Assembly (NCBI GenBank): GCA_020536535.1
Contig: JAHLWZ010000573.1
Span: 19,627-83,626 of the forward strand
Direction: 5' to 3'
DNA length: 64,000 nt
Source of the DNA: Pelomyxa schiedti
Taxonomy: Eukaryota; Protista; Evosea
Below are positions 57,131 through 64,000 of this stretch, one piece after another. A program made the translations under genes and the position numbers. The first letter of the stretch is position 1. The number at the start of each line of letters is the position of its first letter. The notes beneath the pieces are model-generated. The model worked only from the letters and a program-made list of their open reading frames with translations, ran no database searches and had not been told where the DNA came from.

Positions 57131-57529
57131 GGACTGAGCCGAATCTGGACTATTACCAGAATGAGACAGCGAAGGTAATGATCAGCGCACAGCGCAGCTG
57201 GGCGCACAAATACAGCAACAACAACATGGCACGCAGTTTTGATTTCATGCACACTTGTGCGAGAATCCATTTGAACATCGCAGCCTTTTAACCCAATCGC
57301 ACAACCGCTTTACACACTCCCTTTTTATCCCCCTTACAACAACAACGACCAAACAAACAAGAGAACACTCTTTATTCTCTTCACTCTCACTCGTTTTCTT
57401 CCTCTGTGGGACTTATTCTCGAGCCCACAGAAGCTAACACCCCAAAGTTGATTACACCATCCTTGTTATGAAAAAAAAATTTGATAGAAACAGATGATTG
57501 CAGCTTCAACAACTGCAACTGGATTTGGG

Positions 57530-58648
57530 TCAGTGTTTAGAAACATCAAAAACAGGAAACTGTGTTGAGTTGCACATCTTGAAGATGACGAATCCAGATA
57601 CGGCATCAATGACCTCGATGTGATTTGGTGTTGTTGTGGTCATCCCTGGCTCCTTCACAACAAGTTGCTGACCAAACAGAATTGTGTCCCTGCGGTCAGC
57701 CCTGTGCCTGCACACCAACTTTGTTGGTTCCACAACACTGTAGATCTCCCAGAGGGAGCCAATTTTGATGGCGTAGTATGGCCCACCAATCGGTGTGAAT
57801 CCACTGTTTGGAGGCAAAACAGTACTTTTACCAGTGGTCACACACGACAGAGAGCAATCAATTCCCGAGGAGTACATGGTTCTGTTCCAGCACCACAGCT
57901 TCTTAAATGCGACATCATAGGACATATAATTGCCCAGTCCTCCTGTTGCCAGAGTTGAAGGCAGGTCAGTAGTGATCAGCATTCTCCGATCACTTTGTAA
58001 TCCCCCAAAGACAACGACCAGGAGATCACCAAGGTCATCAACCTCAATCGCAGATGGCTCACCAGGCAGGGTAATCCCTTCCACCACCTTCACCTCCCCA
58101 GTCTCCACACGATCGAAATTCCAGAGGCTCATCACTTCCCCTCTGCGGTAGGCCGTAACAGCCCAACGCCTCGTGGAGCTGATCAAATCGAACCCAGAGA
58201 TTCCGTCAGTGAGCGATGCAGCGACTCTCCTGCCAGTTTTCATGTCGAGGACGCACACGCAGCGAGCACCGTCGCTCGGATTTTTCCACGTCACGAGCGC
58301 GAACCTGTCTCGGGCACAATGGGGTCCCACCCACCCATGGAACTTCCTGTCGGTCTGAATCCAGCGACCAGAGCTGAATCCCACAATCTCGGGGCGCGAG
58401 ATGAGGCCGAGCGTCGGCGACACGCCGAACTTGGCGTACTGGCTTGAGCGGCCAGCCTTGAGCTCGACGACCACGTGCCTCTCGGGGACCACGACCCAGT
58501 CGCGGCCGATGAGCGACAGCGACGACGGCGTGAGCGCCGACGCGGGGCTGCGACGGCCGCACCGTCCCACAATGACCCCAACGCCCAGCGCGATGAATTG
58601 GCTGCGCGCGTACGTTTGGTCTTTGACTGCAATTGCTGTCGATGCCAT
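57530..58648 (-). CDS. Lineage-specific intronless family member 1 (conserved N-terminal motif + divergent beta-rich body)
   Basis: Uninterrupted ~372-aa ORF; KDQTYARSQFIALGVGVIVGRCGRRSPASALTPSSLSLIGRDW ... IEVIDAVSGFVIFKM. Confidence 0.85.
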   Translation of the reverse strand: MASTAIAVKDQTYARSQFIALGVGVIVGRCGRRSPASALTPSSLSLIGRDWVVVPERHVVVELKAGRSSQYAKFGVSPTLGLISRPEIVGFSSGRWIQTDRKFHGWVGPHCARDRFALVTWKNPSDGARCVCVLDMKTGRRVAASLTDGISGFDLISSTRRWAVTAYRRGEVMSLWNFDRVETGEVKVVEGITLPGEPSAIEVDDLGDLLVVVFGGLQSDRRMLITTDLPSTLATGGLGNYMSYDVAFKKLWCWNRTMYSSGIDCSLSCVTTGKSTVLPPNSGFTPIGGPYYAIKIGSLWEIYSVVEPTKLVCRHRADRRDTILFGQQLVVKEPGMTTTTPNHIEVIDAVSGFVIFKMCNSTQFPVFDVSKH

Positions 58649-59026
58649 TGTCAACTTGGCAGAAATAAAAGAGACACCAGACCGTCGCGTTTGCCGACGA
58701 TAACGAATTTAATTCTTTTTTCTTTGTTGATTCCAGGAAGCAATCACGTGTTGTGCTTATGTTACTACAGGATGAGTTCGAGGCTGAGGGACAGCGAGGA
58801 GGGGGTGAGGGCCGATGTGGGGTAGTTGTAGTGACTAGTTATGCTGTGTCTTCAACAGACAAAGTCACAAAGGGATTGTGAAATAAGAAGAATGATTGTC
58901 ATGTCTTGGATTACAAACACAGGTGTTGTAGTAGCATCATGGGACGCAAGGTGTTGTTTGTTTTGTGTGTGTGGTTGGCTCATGAAGCAGTTGGGTCCTT
59001 AATTTGGTGGAGCTTCGCAGGGAAAT

Positions 59027-60232
59027 TCATGAAACCTCCTGCACGGAGACACCCTTGACAATCATCTTGCACACAAGGAAGCCAGACACAGCATCAATCA
59101 CTTTGATTGTGTTTGAGTTTGGTTGGCAAAGAGGGGAAACAGTAGTGTCCAGCAAAACAATCTCATGCCCAAAATGCAATTTTTCACTTCCCAGCTCCCT
59201 GTGTGTGCAGCACACCTTGGTTGGATCAAGTACACTGATCACCTCGATTATGGAGGAGGTCCCTGTGCTGAAAGATACCAATGCTTCATACGGCCCACCA
59301 ATTGGCCGTGGATCCCAGGACAATGGCATCATTGGAATCAGCTCACCAGTGTTCAGGCACAAAATCAAATTCTCTCCATGGAGCACTGCATAGTCGATTC
59401 CCTCCCAAAGCACGATGTGGTCAATCAAAAACTTCCTGTTATTGGCAGTGAATGGAAGGGGGCTTCCAACAAGTGTCTTCAGCGCCAAAGTGGCATCCAG
59501 GTCGATGATCAGGCCAGAATCCCACGATGACAGAACCAGTGAACTGTCACCACGGAATGTGGCCCTGTACCCTGCCCACGGCAGAACAACACCCTCAACT
59601 CCCCTGACGACTCCAGCCTCGATTCCATCGAAGTTCCACAGTGACAGGGTGTTCTTATTCCGGCTGTTCTTTGCGACCGCAACCCACCTCCTGTTGCTGC
59701 ACCAAGCGGATCCCCAGACGCACGTCCACATAGTGAGCTTCAGCTCTTCAACGCACCCACTGGTGTCAATCACACTCAGATTCTTTGTGCCGTAGCCGTG
59801 TGGTGGCTCGGCGATTGTGAGGGCAAATCTGTCACCCAAAGACTGAGGCCCGACCCAACAGTAGAACCTGGTGACTTTGTGGATCCCGAACGAGACAATT
59901 GTGGGATCGCGCACCAGGCCGAGCGTCGGCGACACGCTGATCTTGATGTACTCTTTCGTGTTGGGGTTGACCAACAGATTGGAAGTGTCATGACATCCGA
60001 CCTCGGCCACGACGACCCTGGCGGGGAACACGATCCAATCGCGGCCGATGAGCGACAGCGACGACGGCGTGAGCGCCGACGCCGGGCTGGAACGGCCGCA
60101 CCGTCCCACAATGACCCCAACGCCCAGCGCGATGAATTGGGTGCGTGCGTACGTTTGGTCTTTGGTTGTTGGTGAGGCGGACCATGACGACGATGAGGGC
60201 CGGTCCTCATCACCTTCGCCAAGAAGGTTCAT
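59027..60232 (-). CDS. Lineage-specific intronless family member 2
   Basis: Uninterrupted ~401-aa ORF with the same N-terminal motif, PIGGPY and IKVIDAVSGFLVCKM. Confidence 0.85.
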   Translation of the reverse strand: MNLLGEGDEDRPSSSSWSASPTTKDQTYARTQFIALGVGVIVGRCGRSSPASALTPSSLSLIGRDWIVFPARVVVAEVGCHDTSNLLVNPNTKEYIKISVSPTLGLVRDPTIVSFGIHKVTRFYCWVGPQSLGDRFALTIAEPPHGYGTKNLSVIDTSGCVEELKLTMWTCVWGSAWCSNRRWVAVAKNSRNKNTLSLWNFDGIEAGVVRGVEGVVLPWAGYRATFRGDSSLVLSSWDSGLIIDLDATLALKTLVGSPLPFTANNRKFLIDHIVLWEGIDYAVLHGENLILCLNTGELIPMMPLSWDPRPIGGPYEALVSFSTGTSSIIEVISVLDPTKVCCTHRELGSEKLHFGHEIVLLDTTVSPLCQPNSNTIKVIDAVSGFLVCKMIVKGVSVQEVS

Positions 60233-60375
60233 GGGATCGTTTTTCACAGAAACAAGTCATCACGGTTTTTCCCCAAGAGACGAAGGCTCTTTGAGCATTA
60301 TTAATTTGGGATGGCCAAGGTACAAGTTAATTGACGCAAACAGGCACACGTGACAACAACTTTTTCTTGGGAAAG

Positions 60376-60777
60376 TCACAAAACACGGAACACAAAGAAC
60401 TTCACTGTGTTCAACATCCTGAAGATAACAAAGCCAGACACAGCATCAATCACCTCAATGTAATTTGGAAATGTGTGTTCCCCTGGCTCCCACACAACCA
60501 GCTCCCTCCCAAACACCATTGACCCCATCGACTCCACCCTGTGCCTTCTGCACACCTTGTTCGGCTCCACCACGCTGCGAACTTCCCTGAAAGTGCCCTC
60601 ACTGGTTCTGTTCAGGATGGCAAAATAAGGACCACCAACAAGCTCAGGCCTGCTGTCCCAAGGCATCTCAGTCCTCTCACCAGTGGTGATGCACAGAAGA
60701 GACTCGTCGACCAGCGTTGTGTACACATTCCCGCGCCAGCACCACAAGTTCCTCGTGCAGTGGTCAGAACCCACAGT
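60376..60777 (-). CDS. Lineage-specific intronless family member 3 (5' part lost in the gap)
   Basis: LWCWRG...LLCITTG...LVGGPYFAI...SVVEPNKVC...FGRELVV...IEVIDAVSGFVIFRM aligns with members 1 and 2. Confidence 0.8.
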   Translation of the reverse strand, partial: TVGSDHCTRNLWCWRGNVYTTLVDESLLCITTGERTEMPWDSRPELVGGPYFAILNRTSEGTFREVRSVVEPNKVCRRHRVESMGSMVFGRELVVWEPGEHTFPNYIEVIDAVSGFVIFRMLNTVKFFVFRVL

Positions 60778-60877
60778 NNNNNNNNNNNNNNNNNNNNNNN
60801 NNNNNNNNNNNNNNNNNNNNNNNNNNNNNNNNNNNNNNNNNNNNNNNNNNNNNNNNNNNNNNNNNNNNNNNNNNNNN
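60778..60877. other. Assembly gap (100 N)
   Basis: Exactly 100 N, typical of an unknown-size scaffold gap or contig join. Confidence 0.99.
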
Positions 60878-61676
60878 AAATGCTGGAACAGAAGCGAAAA
60901 GCTGAGGAAGAAGAAGCACTACAACGGGAAGAAGCTGAACAACAACGATTGGGAGAAATGCAGAAGGCCGCAGAAGAAGAACAAAGAAATGCTGAGCTGG
61001 AACGAGAATCAAGGGAAGCGGAACTCAGAAAAAAAGCACAAGAAGAAGCAGATGCGGCAGAGGCCGAAAAGCAGCGGAAAAAACAAGAAAAGCTACGGAA
61101 AAAGGCAGAAATAGAAGAGGAAATGGCCAGAGAGGAAGAACGCATGAACCAGAAACGCAAAGAGAAAGAAGCCAAAAGAAAAGCCGAAGAGGCCGCGGAG
61201 GCTGAAGCAGCAGCAGCAGAGAAGGCCAAGGTACATTCACCCACTACCAAAGCACCAATAAACAAGAAATAAAAATAAAAACCAAGTCACAACCAACCAC
61301 CCAAACAATAACTAATAAAAGTCACTGTACATTCCACATCAACAAATTCCTCACACGTGAATCACAGGAAGAAGAAATGGAGAAACGAGCCAGAGCTCAA
61401 GAAGAAACCCGGACATCCAGGTCATCCAAATCCAAGAGGAGCACCAAGTCTCCCAAGTACATCCACGAGGGTGGCGCCGAGCACTGCAGCAACTTCCTGT
61501 GCATTGACTGCCACAAGCCGGGCTGTGACTGCGACAAGTGCCTGGCCCAGGGTGACACTGACCCAAGGGCTACCATGTTCATTCACGACGGTGGAATCCT
61601 ACGCTGTGAGAACTTCCTCTGTGACCAGTGCCACCCCCCTGGAAAGTGCAAGTGCAAAATGTGTGCTGACAGCTAA
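60878..61676 (+). CDS. Second copy (3' part) of the ADF-H/LIM/SAH/Cys-repeat gene
   Basis: Near-identical to 40343-41134, with scattered substitutions and small indels. Confidence 0.9.
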
Positions 61677-61820
61677 ACAAGCATCGAACTGCATCACTTC
61701 GTGAGAATTAAAAAAATTCAGCCTATTAGAATCTGTTTTTTTATTCAGTTTTAACAATAAAAAGGCGGGACCGTGCTGCCATCAAAGGAATCATCTTAAA
61801 AAAACCAAAAAACCCCAGAC

Positions 61821-63165
61821 ATGTCGCAAGCAGAGCCAACGACAACGACATGCAACTGCAGGGCACCCGACACTAGTGCCACTTCTACATCGTCGTCTGG
61901 GGAGCCCCGTGGCATGAGGAAGAACAACTGCGTTGTGTGCGGGGCGGACTTGGTCTACCGCACTCGCGCCACACAGCCACTGCCACAGGCACGCGACGGT
62001 GGCTGTGGTGCTCGAGTAAATGATCACGACGAGGCGACAGGGGGAGGAGCACGGTGCGTTGTGTGCGGGGGAGTGTTCGACGACGTGATGGTCACGTGTG
62101 GTCGTGGCCACTTTGTGTGCGACTCGTGCCACTCGGCCGATGCTGTCCACGCAATACTCGCTGTGTGTGCCGAGTCTGACACGAGTGATCCGCTCTCATT
62201 GGGTATGTCTGTGTGTGTGTGCGTCTGCGTGGGTTGTGTGGTGTCTATCGTGTTGGTTGGTGGCATTGATCGGTGACGGCAACTCCAAAATAATGCTCAA
62301 TTAACACACACAGCATATTCGCTGCTTGAGTTTCCGAGTGTTTGCATGCATGGACCAGAGCACCACTTCCTTGTTCCGGCCGTGTTGATAACAGCTTATC
62401 ACAACACATTGGGATCACCGCGTGAAAAGAAGTTGGCTGATTTAAAAGCGGCAAAGCAGCGATCATGTATTCATTCCCACACCACAATGATGGAAGTTCT
62501 CCTCTGACCAGTCCCTCTCTTCGTCTACACAGCAGAAGTTCCTGGTGGATGGTGTGGATTCTGTGGATGCTGCGGTGGAGCTGTGGGTGTTGGAATCTTC
62601 CTGAGTGTTGTTCAGAATGCAACCCCAATGTCTACCAGTGAATGGGCTTGCTCCAACCAAGTGAGACCTTGGTTAGGATATCTATCTCTTCTCTTACTTT
62701 TATGAAGGGAACAGGGGTTGCGCTTGGGAGTCTGAGCTCCATTGGTGGTCCTCGTTGTTGGTACCATTTCTTTCTTTTTTTTTTTGTCCTAACCCATTAA
62801 CTCCTATCAGTGCCAGAGCTACCTTTAATGGTGTTATTGTTGGACAACACTTTGCCGCTGCGAAATTGGGGTGCGAGTACCTTGTGAATTTTCTCTTACA
62901 CTAAAACCCAAAAATAGTGTGACTTTTACCAAACCCAACAATATAGTTTGCAACGTTTTCAAGAATAACAAACAGGTAGATGCGACTCATTTAGCTCTTT
63001 TTTTCACCCTTAAAAGTGCCTTGGAGTAAAGTGCCCGTTCCATCCACGTGGTTCACCAGAATCCAGAAGCGGTTACACTCAGAACTTACAGGTATCACAA
63101 GTTCGTTCTCCCTGTATCTAACACTCTAACAGGCGAGCTGTGGATTGGTCAACCTGCTATGGTAA
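61821..63165 (+). CDS. DUF5714-like cysteine-rich protein, copy 2
   Basis: Same motifs and intron positions as 29393-30681 (MHGPEHH, PGGWCGFCGCCGGA, PRCCAR, CLGVKCPF). Ends ASCGLVNLLW*. Confidence 0.82.
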
Positions 63166-63315
63166 GAGATGGTGCAGACTGAGAGCTCCACCTAAAGGCT
63201 CCTGTCCCAGGTCGCACCAATGTTACATTGACAAACCAACCCCCACCTCAGGCTATCTGACACGAAATGAATAATCAAAGCTGGCCAATTAATTGGAAAA
63301 AAACAATCAAATTTA

Positions 63316-64000
63316 TGGTGAGCATGGCAACGGCGACGGGGGGAGGGGGAGGGGGAATGACGACGACGCTGCAGGTGTATCAGTATATAATGGACGACGT
63401 GGTGGCCAAGGTCGCCGACGAGTTCCGCGCGCAGGGCCTCGATGAGTCCCTCCTAGACACCCTCAGGACTGTATGACTGTTCACTCACACTTGGATTTTA
63501 GTTGCTGCACGTGCTTGTTGGTTTGTCTGCGTTGGCGGTTGGTGCAATTTAATTTGTGGCGCATATGGTAATTATTGGGAACTACCGATTCTAACAAATG
63601 GAATGGAGACGTGGGAGGAGAAGCTTATGGATACTGGGGCTGTGTCTCCGCCTGTTGCTACTGTGCCGGCACTTATTCCAACATTCATCACTCACCGTGG
63701 TCCCCCGATGATGCGCCCACCTCCGCAGTACCCTCTCGATGCATACCCTACCGCTTATGCTTATGCTAATCAGTATGGATATGCTACTGTAGGCATTTTG
63801 TCCCTTACAAACCTTAACACTTAACATGTGCTCAGGCAATGCCAGGGGCTCCTCCCGAACTTCTTCCACCTCCACCAACTGAAGCATATATGCCGGTACT
63901 TTCTCAAAATTTGACCATAAGAAGTACTAATTTGGAAAATAGAGGAGACCAACTGAACCGCCCAGAAGAGGCAGACCAAAGAAAATAAGTAATTTTCTTC
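63316..64000 (+). CDS. GTF2A1: Second copy of TFIIA large subunit (runs off the window)
   Basis: Exons are near-identical to 41391-42043; the first intron is more diverged. Confidence 0.9.

Noticed and set aside
60541-61272. ORFs spanning the N run (apparent fusion proteins)
   Set aside because: Artefacts of translating through the assembly gap.

Overview
Compact, intron-dense eukaryotic DNA: short GT-AG introns of mostly ~30-60 nt, often with a CTAAC-like branch point just before the AG. The ORF track therefore fragments most genes, and I assembled the gene models by hand. Several genes point to an anaerobic amoebozoan: an intron-containing pyruvate:ferredoxin oxidoreductase, a ferredoxin-nitroreductase, a DUF5714-like Cys protein, a Dictyostelium-style STAT/SH2 protein, a class I-like PI3K and a VDAC. 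An archamoeba such as Pelomyxa is my inference. About 25 genes are present, in order: PFOR (partial), Nup133, a hidden tandem-repeat protein, HAM1/BPI-like, TRIM-like RING-Bbox-CC-FN3-UEV, STAT-like, M18BP1/KNL2-like, a pentapeptide pseudogene, a stand-alone FAS-I-type acyltransferase, FAM133, a TBC RabGAP, DUF5714, nitroreductase, PI3K, ADF-H/LIM/SAH/Cys-repeat protein, TFIIA-L, importin alpha, GRWD1, CCDC25, VDAC and an Fpk1/Nrc-2-like AGC kinase. These are followed by nested transposon remnants and a tandem array of intronless constant-N-terminus/variable-body genes. After a 100-N gap comes a near-duplicate of 40.3-42.0 kb that carries an extra DUF5714 gene. The most notable observations are the constant/variable gene array, the relocated and partly gene-converted DUF5714 gene, the TRIM-UEV fusion, a candidate ~320-nt structured RNA and the stand-alone FAS-I acyltransferase. 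Family calls rest on motif recognition from memory, not on database searches, and coordinates of spliced genes are approximate.
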